From Camelus dromedarius (lineage: Eukaryota), in assembly GCF_036321535.1 (NCBI RefSeq), contig NC_087472.1:2170001-2233859 (forward strand): a DNA stretch of 63,859 bases. Reading direction: 5' to 3'. The translations under genes and the position numbers were made by a program. Shown piece by piece: positions 18,805-32,129 of the stretch (positions are counted from its first letter, which is position 1; the number at the start of each line of letters is the position of its first letter). The notes beneath the pieces are model-generated. The model saw only the letters and a list, made by a program, of their open reading frames with translations, was not told the DNA's origin and did not search any database.

Positions 18805-19803
18805 ATGCGTGACCTCCACCACACTGAAGCCGACTTTCACGACCCAAGAGAGGCTGAGGATTCCGAGGATGAGCAGGACATTTGGGTTGAGGAGGAGGAG
18901 GGCGCATCCCCGTTGTCTCCCTCCTCCTCCTCCTCCTCCTCCTCCTTCTCCTCCTCGTCTTCCTACTCAGTCCTGTTCCTGGGCAGTGGCGAGGAGGTGG
19001 CTGATTCTGGGACACCCAGTCCCGCGCAGAGCCCTCAGGGTGTCTGCCCCTCCCCCACAGCCGTGGCAGCCCCTCCCTGGAGCCAGTCGGAAGACAATGG
19101 CCTCAGAAGCCAAGGTGAGGAGGGGCCCAGCACCGGGCAGGACCCGGCAGATGCCGAGTCCCGGCTCCACGATGCATTACATTTGATGATGGTTGACCTG
19201 ATGGGCTTCCTGCTCCACAAGTACCGCACAAAGCAGCCGACCTCAAAAGAGGAAATGCTGAATGCGGTCCTCAGAGATGACCGGGACCACTTCCCTGCGG
19301 TCTTGAGCCAAGCCTCTGAGTGTCTGCAGCTGGTCTTTGGGGTGGATGTGAAGGAGGTGGACCCCAGGGAGCACTTGTATGTCCTGGTCCCCACCCTGGG
19401 CCTCACCTACGATGGCATGCAGGACGATGGGCAGAGCATTCCCAAGACTGGCCTCCTGCTGATACTTCTGGGTGTGATTGTCCTGGAGGGCGACTTTGCT
19501 CCTGAGGAGGCAGTCTGGGGAGCACTTAGCAAGATGGGGCTGTGTGCTGGGAGGGAGCACTTCATCTATGGGGAGCCCAGGGAGCTCATCACCAACGTGT
19601 GGGTGCGGGAGGGGTACGTGGAGTACCGGCAGGTGGCCAACAGCGATCCCGCTCGCCACGAGTTCCTGTGGGGTCCCCGGGCCTACACGGAGACCAGCAA
19701 GCTGCAAGTCCTGGAACATTTCCTCAGGATCAATAGAAGGGGTCCCAGTTCTTTCCCGTCCCTGTCTGAAGAGCGAGTGAGTGATGAGGAAGAGGGGGCC
19801 TGA
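18805..19803 (+). CDS. MAGEA: MAGE-A family protein, copy 3, 332 aa (8-Ser tract, DDRDH)
   Basis: Same translation as copy 2; intact frame. Confidence 0.95.
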   Translation: MRDLHHTEADFHDPREAEDSEDEQDIWVEEEEGASPLSPSSSSSSSSFSSSSSYSVLFLGSGEEVADSGTPSPAQSPQGVCPSPTAVAAPPWSQSEDNGLRSQGEEGPSTGQDPADAESRLHDALHLMMVDLMGFLLHKYRTKQPTSKEEMLNAVLRDDRDHFPAVLSQASECLQLVFGVDVKEVDPREHLYVLVPTLGLTYDGMQDDGQSIPKTGLLLILLGVIVLEGDFAPEEAVWGALSKMGLCAGREHFIYGEPRELITNVWVREGYVEYRQVANSDPARHEFLWGPRAYTETSKLQVLEHFLRINRRGPSSFPSLSEERVSDEEEGA

Positions 19804-20058
19804 GCCAGACTTGCAGCTGGGCTCCTTCTAGGCCCCTGTCCGGCAGCTTCTCCTGCCGGGCAGGAAGTGAGGCTGACTCTTCACTGTGTGTCTGAGGAGC
19901 AAGGAGTCAGCATCCTAAGTAGTGAGGGCCCGGGCCAGTGGGGGGGACACGGTGTACAGCATCTCTGGGCTCCTGTTCTCTACAATGATATGGAAGTTCA
20001 TCTTCATTTCCTTTAGTGATGTTTCAGATGTTATTCGTTTTAATAAATATCAATATAC

Positions 20059-21978
20059 TTTATTTTATTATACAGTCTTTTTAAAGATTACATTTTATTT
20101 ACAGTTATGAGAAAATATTGGTTATATACCCCTTGTTCTGCAATACATTCTTGAACCTTCCTTACACCCAATAGTTTGTACTTCCCACTCCCTCACCCCT
20201 GTATTGCCCCTTGCCCCTCACCCCTCCCCACTGGTAATCACTAGTTTGTTCTCTATGAGCCTGCTTCTTCTTTGTTATACTCACTAGTTTGTTGTATTTT
20301 TTAGAGTCCACATATAAATTGATATCATACAGTATTTGTCTTTCTCTGTCTGATTTATTTCACTTAGCATAATGTCCTCCAAGTCCATCCATCTTGCTGN
20401 NNNNNNNNNNNNNNNNNNNNNNNNNNNNNNNNNNNNNNNNNNNNNNNNNNNNNNNNNNNNNNNNNNNNNNNNNNNNNNNNNNNNNNNNNNNNNNNNNNNN
20501 NNNNNNNNNNNNNNNNNNNNNNNNNNNNNNNNNNNNNNNNNTAGATAACGCTGCTATGAATATTGGGTGCGTGTATCTTTTCAAATTAGTATCTGGTTTT
20601 TTTTTTGTTTTTTTTTTTTTTTGAGATGTATACCCAGGAATGGAATTGCTGGGTCACTTGGTAGTTCTAGTTTTAGTTTTTTGAGAAACGGCATACTGTT
20701 TTCCAGAGTGGTCACACCAATTTACATCCCCACCAACAGTGTAGGAGGGATCCCTTCTCTCCACATCTTCGCCAACATTTGCTATTTGCNNNNNNNNNNN
20801 NNNNNNNNNNNNNNNNNNNNNNNNNNNNNNNNNNNNNNNNNNNNNNNNNNNNNNNNNNNNNNNNNNNNNNNNNNNNNNNNNNNNNNNNNNNNNNNNNNNN
20901 NNNNNNNNNNNNNNNNNCTTTGGACAAATGTCTATTGTGTTGTTCTGCCCGTTTTTAGTTGGGTCATTTGTTTTTTTGATGTTGAATTGTATGAGCTGTT
21001 TATATATGGTGGTTATTGCTCCCTTGTCAGTTGTAACGTTTGCAAATATTTTCTCCCCTTCAGTAGGTTGTTGTTTTAATTTAGTCAGTGGGTTCCCTTG
21101 CTGTGCAGAAGCTTTTAAGTATAATTAGGTCCCCGCTGTTTATTTTTCCTTTTATTTCCTTTGTTTTTGGACATGGATCCAAAAAGTTATTGCTGTAATT
21201 TATGTCAGAGAGTGTTCTGCCTATGTTTTCCTCTAGGAGTATTATAGTATCCAGTCTTAAATGTAGATCTTTAATCTATTTTGAGTTTATTTTTGTATAT
21301 GGTGTTAGAGAATGTTCTAAGTTCATTGTTTGACAGGTAGCTGTCCAGTTTTCCCAGAGCCACTTATTGAAGAGACTGTCTTTTCTCCATTCAATATCCT
21401 TGCTTCCTTTGTCGTACATTAATTGACGGTAAGTGTGTGGGTTTACTTCTCGCCTCTCTATCCTGTTCCATTGATCTGTGTGTCTGTTTGGGGGCCAGAA
21501 CCGCACTGTTTTGATTACTACAGCTTTGTAGTATAGTCCAATGTCAGGGAGCATGATTTCTCCAGCTCTGTTCTTCATTCCCAAGATTGTTTTAGCTATT
21601 GGGGTTCTTTTCTTTTTCCAGACACTTTTTTAAATTATTTGTTCTGGTTCTGAGAAAAATGCCATTGTTATTTTGACAGGGATTGCTTTGAATCTGTAGA
21701 TTGCCTTGGGTAGTATGGTCACTGGGTTGTTTGGTCAACAACACTGATTCTTCCAATCCAAGAACACGGTATATCTTTCCATCTGTTGGTGTCATCTTCA
21801 GCTTCTTGCATCAGTGTCTTGTAGTTATTGGAGTACAGGTCTTTGGTCTCCTTAGCTAGGTTTATTACTAGATTATTTATTCTCTTTGATGTGATGGTAA
21901 ATGGGATTGTTTCCTTAATTTCTCTTTCTGATACTCCTTTGTTAGTGTATAAGATGCAACAGATTTCTGTATATTAAT
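20059..21978 (-). mobile_element. LINE-1 remnant, copy after gene 3
   Basis: Near-identical to 5515-7433. Confidence 0.93.
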
Positions 21979-24121
21979 AATAATATTAAATAAGCTTCAG
22001 TATCTTAGTTTGTGAATGATATTGATTATACACGTACTGGTACTTAGGCAGCCCAAGACTGAGTTTTGCTATTTTGTAAAACAAATTGGGAAAGTTTCCA
22101 TCATACTGTGTCATGCCAAAGTAGGTAACACCGCATCGGAATAGAAATTTACTTGGAAATGTGAGAGTGATCAGCACTAAAATCGGTGGGGTCAAGAAAG
22201 AGAGAAGTAAAAGTAAACGATAGGTAATTATTGGCTCCTTATCCCTTTTCTTCTGTCAGTCTATAAAATTATAATTATGTGTGTATAACCTGGATTTGTC
22301 TGGCTTAGTTAAGAAAGTAGGAGAAAATCAACCTGGATCAGTAGGATCCCTGCTCACCATCTCAGTTCATCCGCAGACGTTCACCGAGCCTCTCCTCTCT
22401 GGAGGGCTCGGTGTTAGCAGTGGGGACACTCGGAAAAGCAGGACAGCCCACACCTAGGATAGTCTAGGAGCCGCAGTCACATCGGGAAGTTGGTGAAAGG
22501 TCTCCTAAGTCCCATAGGGCAAATAAAAATAGGGCGAGGGGGTGGGGGTCCGGGAGAGAGCACCCAAGTGTAAGTGCCCAGCGCCAGGGCAGTTCGGGGC
22601 TTTGGGAAGCTGGGGGGGAGGTCCTTCTGTGGGAGGTGATGGTAATGAAGCTGGGTGGTGGCGGCAGGCAGACGTGCAGACGGCGCTTGTTAGTGGTGAG
22701 AGGAACGTGTCAGGTGGGAGATTGCTCTGAGAAGTCCCTCTGGGATCGTGGATACATCTCCTGGGCGAGGGGGGAAGGTGTACTTTGTTCAGGGATGCTT
22801 AGAGACCTGGTTATCCTGCCTGAGCTGCTAGGACACTCAGAATGCTCCAACTGCAGGGAGGAGTGGCGTTTGACGTGGCTCACAGTGTACTCCGTCCTGG
22901 CATATATAGTTGAAGAGGTTTGGTAACCGCCCCAAACTTGGGGTAGGATTTACTGGGGTGTGTTCTTGGAAACGGTCTGCTGGACACTTACACTGATGGG
23001 TCAGCTCCCCTCGATGGTCAGAATCCAAAGCCATAGATGAGGAATGGTCCTGGACATCGCAGGGAGGAAACACCCACCGAGGCTGAATTCCAAACAGGGA
23101 ATCCACCTCCGGCCCTCCCGACAGCCCTGGGAGACCCCCGGGCACGGGGTCCGGATGTGACGGGCGCTGATGCCCCCTCCCTGGGGGGTGAGAGAGGTGA
23201 GGGCCTGGGTGAGGGAGGCCGGCTTCAGGTCTGCACAGGGAAGGAGCCCAGCGCTGCCAGGAGTCAAGGTAGAACCGTGTGGAGGGACTCGGGTTGCAGG
23301 GAATCCAGGTCGGTTCTGCTGTCAGCCCTGGGAGACCGCAGGCAGGGTTGCGGGGATCAGTGCCCCAACCCCCACCCCCGCTTCCCTCTCGGGGGTCCTG
23401 GCTGTGGAGGGGCCTGGGTCCAAGGGGAGCAAACTGAGGTGGGCAGAGGGAGGGGCCCAGGCCCAGCCTGGAGCCCAGGTGAGGAGCAGAGGGAAGGCTG
23501 AGGGACCCCCGGGGAATCCATCTCAGCGCCTGGCGTCCACAGTCCTGGGAAGCCCTGGGCTTGGTGGCCTGCTGTGAGTCCACAGACGCCCCTGGGGGTC
23601 TCTGGGCAGTGAGGGCCTTGGTGTGAAGGTGTGGGCTCGGCTCAACAAGGGGGCGTCCCAGGACCCGCCGGGGCTCAAGGTGAGGACCCTGACGGAGGAC
23701 AGCATGGGCCCCACAGATCCCCGCCCCTGCTGTCAGCCCTGGGAGGGCCTGGGTGGGATGAGCACTCGTGGGGCCCTGACTTCCTCACACCCGGGTCTCC
23801 GAGGGACGGGGGTCCTGCGATGAGGGGCGGGGCCTCGGGTGGCCAGAGGCTAGACGACACGACGCCTAAGTGACGACCCTGAGGGAAAACTGAGGGGACC
23901 CCGAACCCGGAAAAGAAGCCATCCCACAGAAAGGGGCCCTTGCTATCAGCTGTCCGGAGGCCCGAGGGCAGGACAGGCCCCCGTGTTGTGTCGTGACTGC
24001 GGCACCCTGGTCTCACAGAGACCGGGGACTTCGTGTGAGATGAGGGGGGGACCCTCAGATCTGCAGAGCAGAGAATCCCAGGTCCCACTGGGAGTGAAGG
24101 TGACGACCGCGAGCGAGCAGT

Positions 24122-24853
24122 GAGGGACCCTGGACCCCAAAACACAGTCGGTCCTGGGAGGCCATAGGTCGGAATAAGCACCGGCGGCATTTCCCGCCAT
24201 CCGGGTCTCGGAGGGACTGGGGTCCTGGGATGAGGGGCGGGGCTTCGGGGGTTCCAAGGGGAGGCTACATGCCGCCTGAGTCAAAGTGAGGACCCCGAGG
24301 GAGAACAGAGGGATCCTGGACCCCAAGACAGTGTTGGATCTTGGAGGCCTTGGGGCAGGGTGACCACCTGTGGCGTTTCCTGCCATCCGGGTCTCGGAGG
24401 GACTGGGGTCCTGGGATGAGGGGCGGGGCCTCGGGGGCTCCAAGGGGAGGCTATCTGCCGCCTGAGTCAAAGTGAGGACCCCGAGGGAGAACGGAGGGAT
24501 CCTGGACCCCAAGACACTGTTGGATCTTGGAGGCCTTGGGGCAGGGTGACCACCTGCGGCGTTTCCTGCCATCCGGGTCTCGGAGGGACTGGGGTCCTGG
24601 GATGAGGGGCGGGGCCTCGGGGGCTCCAAGGGGAGGCTATCTGCCGCCTGAGTCAAAGTGAGGACCCCGAGGGGGAACGGACGGATCTTGCACCCCGGGA
24701 CAGTGTTGGACCTTGGAGGCCTTGGGGCAGGGTGACCACCTGCGGCGTTTCCTGCCATCCGGGTCTCGGAGGGACTGGGGTCATGGGATGAGGGGCGGGG
24801 CCTCGGGGGCTCCAAGGGGAGGCTACATGCCGCCTGAGTCAAAGTGAGGACCC
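24122..24853. repeat. 186-bp VNTR, unit 4, 4 copies (A,B,B,C)
   Basis: Four copies; the second copy is B-type. Confidence 0.95.
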
Positions 24854-26076
24854 TCAAGCAGGAAGGAGGGGCCCCTGAACCCAGAAAAGTGGCCATCCCA
24901 CAGAGAGTCGCCCTTGCTTTCAGCTGTCCGGCGGCCCGAGGGGACGACAGCCCACGTGGTTTGTCCTGACTTCCGCATCCGAGTCTCAGACAGACCTGGG
25001 ACATAGTGAAAGGGCGGGGGCCTCAGGTCTGCGGAGGAGAGAATCTCAGGGCCGCCTGGGAGTGAAGGTGACGACCGCGAGTTAGCATTCAGGGACCCTG
25101 GACCCCAAAACAGAGTCAGTCCTGGGAGGCCATGGGGCGGGAGGACCTCGGGCAGCAGTTCCTGAAATGCGGGTCTCAGAGGGACTGGGGTCTTGGTATG
25201 ACGGGCGGGGCCTCAGGTGGGCTGAGAGGGGAATCCCAGGTCCTGCCAGGAGTCAAGGTGACCCCGAGGGAGGAGTGAGGGACCCGAGATCCCAGAACAG
25301 AGGGGACGCAACCGATCCTGCCCCTGCTGTCAGCCCTGGGAGGCCTCAATGCGGGATGAGCACACGTGGTGTGTCCTGACTTCGGCATCCAGGGCTCAGA
25401 GAGACCGGGGACCTACTATCAGGATGGGGCCCTCAGGTGGTTGCAGAGCAGAATCCCAGGTCCCGCTTGGAGTCCCGGTGAGGACCCTGAGTTAGCGCGG
25501 ACAGGACCTCCCACCCTAGAAGAGTGGGAACCTGCCAGAGCCCAGGCCTCCTGCCAGCACGCGGGTCCAGGGCTGTGCCACAGTGTAGATCCGAGGTCTC
25601 CCCTCCTTTCTCTCCCAGGGGCTCCAGACACCGGGAAGGCCTAGGTCTGAGACACGTGTTCTCGGGTCACAGAGCACAGGAGGCTGGCAGTGCCAGGACT
25701 GAAGGTGAGGTGTGGGCCCTGAGTGTGTACCCGGGGGCTCCCGGAACAGAGGGGACCCCGCGAGGCCAACGTCCACTCCACACACCCCGTGTTGCCCCCA
25801 GAACCTCGGGCTGTGCCGGCTGCACCCTGAGGAGCCGCCTCACTTCCCCCGTCAGGTTCACAGACGACCGTCCACCAGGAGGAGAGCCCCTGTGAGGCCG
25901 AGGGCACCCCTGAAGAGGAGACCTGTAAGTAGCCTTTGTCAGAGCCCCCCACGGTGGGTTTCTCAGCCCGGGCCACTGACACTCCCTTTCTTCCCCAGGC
26001 CCGTGGGTCCCCATCTGTCACCCCTGCCCTCGCTGCTCTCAGCTGCCCGACACCACTCACCGTGCCTCCCGTTCAG

Positions 26077-27081
26077 ATGCGTGACCTCCACCACACTGAA
26101 GCCGACTTTCACGACCCAAGAGAGGCTGAGGATTCCGAGGATGAGCAGGACATTTGGGTTGAGGAGGAGGAGGGCGCATCCCCGTTGTCTCCCTCCTCCT
26201 CCTCCTCCTCCTCCTCCTCCTCCTTCTCCTCCTCGTCTTCCTACTCAGTCCTGTTCCTGGGCAGTGGCGAGGAGGTGGCTGATTCTGGGACACCCAGTCC
26301 CGCGCAGAGCCCTCAGGGTGTCTGCCCCTCCCCCACAGCCGTGGCAGCCCCTCCCTGGAGCCAGTCGGAAGACAATGGCCTCAGAAGCCAAGGTGAGGAG
26401 GGGCCCAGCACCGGGCAGGACCCGGCAGATGCCGAGTCCCGGCTCCACGATGCATTACATTTGATGATGGTTGACCTGATGGGCTTCCTGCTCCACAAGT
26501 ACCGCACAAAGCAGCCGACCTCAAAAGAGGAAATGCTGAATGCGGTCCTCAGAGATGACCAGGACCACTTCCCTGCGGTCTTGAGCCAAGCCTCTGAGTG
26601 TCTGCAGCTGGTCTTTGGGGTGGATGTGAAGGAGGTGGACCCCAGGGAGCACTTGTATGTCCTGGTCCCCACCCTGGGCCTCACCTACGATGGCATGCAG
26701 GACGATGGGCAGAGCATTCCCAAGACTGGCCTCCTGCTGATACTTCTGGGTGTGATTGTCCTGGAGGGCGACTTTGCTCCTGAGGAGGCAGTCTGGGGAG
26801 CACTTAGCAAGATGGGGCTGTGTGCTGGGAGGGAGCACTTCATCTATGGGGAGCCCAGGGAGCTCATCACCAACGTGTGGGTGCGGGAGGGGTACGTGGA
26901 GTACCGGCAGGTGGCCAACAGCGATCCCGCTCGCCACGAGTTCCTGTGGGGTCCCCGGGCCTACACGGAGACCAGCAAGCTGCAAGTCCTGGAACATTTC
27001 CTCAGGATCAATAGAAGGGGTCCCAGTTCTTTCCCGTCCCTGTCTGAAGAGCGAGTGAGTGATGAGGAAGAGGGGGCCTGA
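26077..27081 (+). CDS. MAGEA: MAGE-A family protein, copy 4, 334 aa (10-Ser tract, DDQDH)
   Basis: Intact frame; R>Q variant relative to copies 1-3. Confidence 0.95.
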   Translation: MRDLHHTEADFHDPREAEDSEDEQDIWVEEEEGASPLSPSSSSSSSSSSFSSSSSYSVLFLGSGEEVADSGTPSPAQSPQGVCPSPTAVAAPPWSQSEDNGLRSQGEEGPSTGQDPADAESRLHDALHLMMVDLMGFLLHKYRTKQPTSKEEMLNAVLRDDQDHFPAVLSQASECLQLVFGVDVKEVDPREHLYVLVPTLGLTYDGMQDDGQSIPKTGLLLILLGVIVLEGDFAPEEAVWGALSKMGLCAGREHFIYGEPRELITNVWVREGYVEYRQVANSDPARHEFLWGPRAYTETSKLQVLEHFLRINRRGPSSFPSLSEERVSDEEEGA

Positions 27082-27336
27082 GCCAGACTTGCAGCTGGGC
27101 TCCTTCTAGGCCCCTGTCCGGCAGCTTCTCCTGCCGGGCAGGAAGTGAGGCTGACTCTTCACTGTGTGTCTGAGGAGCAAGGAGTCAGCACCCTAAGTAG
27201 TGAGGGCCCGGGCCAGTGGGGGGGACACGGTGTACAGCATCTCTGGGCTCCTGTTCTCTACAATGATATGGAAATTCATCTTCATTTCCTTTAGTGATGT
27301 TTCAGATGTTATTCGTTTTCATAAATATCAATATAC

Positions 27337-29254
27337 TTTATTTTATTATACAGTCTTTTTAAAGATTACATTTTATTTACAGTTATGAGAAAATATTGGT
27401 TATATACGCCTTGTTCTGCAATACATTCTTGAACCTTCCTTACACCCAATAGTTTGTACTTCCCACTCCCTCACCCCTATATTGCCCCTTGCCCCTCACC
27501 CCTCCCCACTGGTAATCACTAGTTTGTTCTCTATGAGCCTGCTTCTTCTTTGTTATACTCACTAGTTTGTTGTATTTTTTAGAGTCCACATATAAATTGA
27601 TATCATACAGTATTTGTCTTTCTCTGTCTGATTTATTTCACTTAGCATAATGTCCTCCAAGTCCATCCATCTTGCTGNNNNNNNNNNNNNNNNNNNNNNN
27701 NNNNNNNNNNNNNNNNNNNNNNNNNNNNNNNNNNNNNNNNNNNNNNNNNNNNNNNNNNNNNNNNNNNNNNNNNNNNNNNNNNNNNNNNNNNNNNNNNNNN
27801 NNNNNNNNNNNNNNNNNTAGATAACACAGCTATGAATATTGGGTGCGTGTATCTTTTCAAATTAGTATCTGGTTTTTTTTTTGTTTTTTTTTTTTTTTGA
27901 GATGTATACCCAGGAATGGAATTGCTGGGTCACTTGGTAGTTCTAGTTTTAGTTTTTTGAGAAACGGCATACTGTTTTCCAGAGTGGTCACACCAATTTA
28001 CATCCCCACCAACAGTGTAGGAGGGATCCCTTCTCTCCACATCTTCGCCAACATTTGCTATTTGCNNNNNNNNNNNNNNNNNNNNNNNNNNNNNNNNNNN
28101 NNNNNNNNNNNNNNNNNNNNNNNNNNNNNNNNNNNNNNNNNNNNNNNNNNNNNNNNNNNNNNNNNNNNNNNNNNNNNNNNNNNNNNNNNNNNNCTTTGGA
28201 CAAATGTCTATTGTGTTGTTCTGCCCGTTTTTAGTTGGGTCATTTGTTTTTTTGATGTTGAATTGTATGAGCTGTTTATATATGGTGGTTATTGCTCCCT
28301 TGTCAGTTGTAACGTTTGCAAATATTTTCTCCCCTTCAGTAGGTTGTTGTTTTAATTTAGTCAGTGGGTTCCCTTGCTGTGCAGAAGCTTTTAAGTATAA
28401 TTAGGTCCCCGCTGTTTATTTTTCCTTTTATTTCCTTTGTTTTAGGACATGGATCCAAAAAGTTATTGCTGTAATTTATGTCAGAGAGTGTTCTGCCTAT
28501 GTTTTCCTCTAGGAGTATTATAGTATCCAGTCTTAAATGTAGATCTTTAATCTATTTTGAGTTTATTTTTGTATATGGTGTTAGAGAATGTTCTAAGTTC
28601 ATTGTTTGACAGGTAGCTGTCCAGTTTTCCCAGAGCCACTTATTGAAGAGACTGTCTTTTCTCCATTCAATATCCTTGCTTCCTTTGTCGTACATTAATT
28701 GACGGTAAGTGTGTGGGTTTACTTCTCGCCTCTCTATCCTGTTCCATTGATCTGTGTGTCTGTTTGGGGGCCAGAACCGCACTGTTTTGATTACTACAGC
28801 TTTGTAGTATAGTCCAATGTCAGGGAGCATGATTTCTCCAGCTCTGTTCTTCATTCCCAAGATTGTTTTAGCTATTGGGGTTCTTTTCTTTTTCCAGACA
28901 CTTTTTTAAATTATTTGTTCTGGTTCTGAGAAAAATGCCATTGTTATTTTGACAGGGATTGCTTTGAATCTGTAGATTGCCTTGGGTAGTATGGTCACTG
29001 GGTTGTTTGGTCAACAACACTGATTCTTCCAATCCAAGAACACGGTATATCTTTCCATCTGTTGGTGTCATCTTCAGCTTCTTGCATCAGTGTCTTGTAG
29101 TTATTGGAGTACAGGTCTTTGGTCTCCTTAGCTAGGTTTATTACTAGATTATTTATTCTCTTTGATGTGATGGTAAATGGGATTGTTTCCTTAATTTCTC
29201 TTTCTGATACTCCTTTGTTAGTGTGTAAGATGCAACAGATTTCTGTATATTAAT
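27337..29254 (-). mobile_element. LINE-1 remnant, copy after gene 4
   Basis: Near-identical to 5515-7433. Confidence 0.93.
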
Positions 29255-31397
29255 AATAATATTAAATAAGCTTCAGTATCTTAGTTTGTGAATGATATTG
29301 ATTATACACGTACTGGTACTTAGGCAGCCCAAGACTGAGTTTTGCTATTTTGTAAAACAAATTGGGAAAGTTTCCATCATACTGTGTCATGCCAAAGTAG
29401 GTAACACCGCATCGGAATAGAAATTTACTTGGAAATGTGAGAGTGATCAGCACTAAAATCGGTGGGGTCAAGAAAGAGAGAAGTAAAAGTAAACGATAGG
29501 TAATTATTGGCTCCTTATCCCTTTTCTTCTGTCAGTCTATAAAATTATAATTATGTGTGTATAACCTGGATTTGTCTGGCTTAGTTAAGAAAGTAGGAGA
29601 AAATCAACCTGGATCAGTAGGATCCCTGCTCACCATCTCAGTTCATCCGCAGACGTTCACCGAGCCTCTCCTCTCTGGAGGGCTCGGTGTTAGCAGTGGG
29701 GACACTCGGAAAAGCAGGACAGCCCACACCTAGGATAGTCTAGGAGCCGCAGTCACATCGGGAAGTTGGTGAAAGGTCTCCTAAGTCCCATAGGGCAAAT
29801 AAAAATAGGGCGAGGGGGTGGGGGTCCGGGAGAGAGCACCCAAGTGTAAGTGCCCAGCGCCAGGGCAGTTCGGGGCTTTGGGAAGCTGGGGGGGAGGTCC
29901 TTCTGTGGGAGGTGATGGTAATGAAGCTGGGTGGTGGCGGCAGGCAGACGTGCAGACGGCGCTTGTTAGTGGTGAGAGGAACGTGTCAGGTGGGAGATTG
30001 CTCTGAGAAGTCCCTCTGGGATCGTGGATACATCTCCTGGGCGAGGGGGGAAGGTGTACTTTGTTCAGGGATGCTTAGAGACCTGGTTATCCTGCCTGAG
30101 CTGCTAGGACACTCAGAATGCTCCAACTGCAGGGAGGAGTGGCGTTTGACGTGGCTCACAGTGTACTCCGTCCTGGCATATATAGTTGAAGAGGTTTGGT
30201 AACCGCCCCAAACTTGGGGTAGGATTTACTGGGGTGTGTTCTTGGAAACGGTCTGCTGGACACTTACACTGATGGGTCAGCTCCCCTCGATGGTCAGAAT
30301 CCAAAGCCATAGATGAGGAATGGTCCTGGACATCGCAGGGAGGAAACACCCACCGAGGCTGAATTCCAAACAGGGAATCCACCTCCGGCCCTCCCGACAG
30401 CCCTGGGAGACCCCCGGGCACGGGGTCCGGATGTGACGGGCGCTGATGCCCCCTCCCTGGGGGGTGAGAGAGGTGAGGGCCTGGGTGAGGGAGGCCGGCT
30501 TCAGGTCTGCACAGGGAAGGAGCCCAGCGCTGCCAGGAGTCAAGGTAGAACCGTGTGGAGGGACTCGGGTTGCAGGGAATCCAGGTCGGTTCTGCTGTCA
30601 GCCCTGGGAGACCGCAGGCAGGGTTGCGGGGATCAGTGCCCCAACCCCCACCCCCGCTTCCCTCTCGGGGGTCCTGGCTGTGGAGGGGCCTGGGTCCAAG
30701 GGGAGCAAACTGAGGTGGGCAGAGGGAGGGGCCCAGGCCCAGCCTGGAGCCCAGGTGAGGAGCAGAGGGAAGGCTGAGGGACCCCCGGGGAATCCATCTC
30801 AGCGCCTGGCGTCCACAGTCCTGGGAAGCCCTGGGCTTGGTGGCCTGCTGTGAGTCCACAGACGCCCCTGGGGGTCTCTGGGCAGTGAGGGCCTTGGTGT
30901 GAAGGTGTGGGCTCGGCTCAACAAGGGGGCGTCCCAGGACCCGCCGGGGCTCAAGGTGAGGACCCTGACGGAGGACAGCATGGGCCCCACAGATCCCCGC
31001 CCCTGCTGTCAGCCCTGGGAGGGCCTGGGTGGGATGAGCACTCGTGGGGCCCTGACTTCCTCACACCCGGGTCTCCGAGGGACGGGGGTCCTGCGATGAG
31101 GGGCGGGGCCTCGGGTGGCCAGAGGCTAGACGACACGACGCCTAAGTGACGACCCTGAGGGAAAACTGAGGGGACCCCGAACCCGGAAAAGAAGCCATCC
31201 CACAGAAAGGGGCCCTTGCTATCAGCTGTCCGGAGGCCCGAGGGCAGGACAGGCCCCCGTGTTGTGTCGTGACTGCGGCACCCTGGTCTCACAGAGACCG
31301 GGGACTTCGTGTGAGATGAGGGGGGGACCCTCAGATCTGCAGAGCAGAGAATCCCAGGTCCCACTGGGAGTGAAGGTGACGACCGCGAGCGAGCAGT

Positions 31398-32129
31398 GAG
31401 GGACCCTGGACCCCAAAACACAGTCGGTCCTGGGAGGCCATAGGTCGGAATAAGCACCGGCGGCATTTCCCGCCATCCGGGTCTCGGAGGGACTGGGGTC
31501 CTGGGATGAGGGGCGGGGCTTCGGGGGTTCCAAGGGGAGGCTACATGCCGCCTGAGTCAAAGTGAGGACCCCGAGGGAGAACAGAGGGATCCTGGACCCC
31601 AAGACAGTGTTGGATCTTGGAGGCCTTGGGGCAGGGTGACCACCTGTGGCGTTTCCTGCCATCCGGGTCTCGGAGGGACTGGGGTCCTGGGATGAGGGGC
31701 GGGGCCTCGGGGGCTCCAAGGGGAGGCTATCTGCCGCCTGAGTCAAAGTGAGGACCCCGAGGGAGAACGGAGGGATCCTGGACCCCAAGACACTGTTGGA
31801 TCTTGGAGGCCTTGGGGCAGGGTGACCACCTGCGGCGTTTCCTGCCATCCGGGTCTCGGAGGGACTGGGGTCCTGGGATGAGGGGCGGGGCCTCGGGGGC
31901 TCCAAGGGGAGGCTATCTGCCGCCTGAGTCAAAGTGAGGACCCCGAGGGGGAACGGACGGATCTTGCACCCCGGGACAGTGTTGGACCTTGGAGGCCTTG
32001 GGGCAGGGTGACCACCTGCGGCGTTTCCTGCCATCCGGGTCTCGGAGGGACTGGGGTCATGGGATGAGGGGCGGGGCCTCGGGGGCTCCAAGGGGAGGCT
32101 ACATGCCGCCTGAGTCAAAGTGAGGACCC
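31398..32129. repeat. 186-bp VNTR, unit 5, 4 copies (A,B,B,C)
   Basis: Same as unit 4. Confidence 0.95.
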
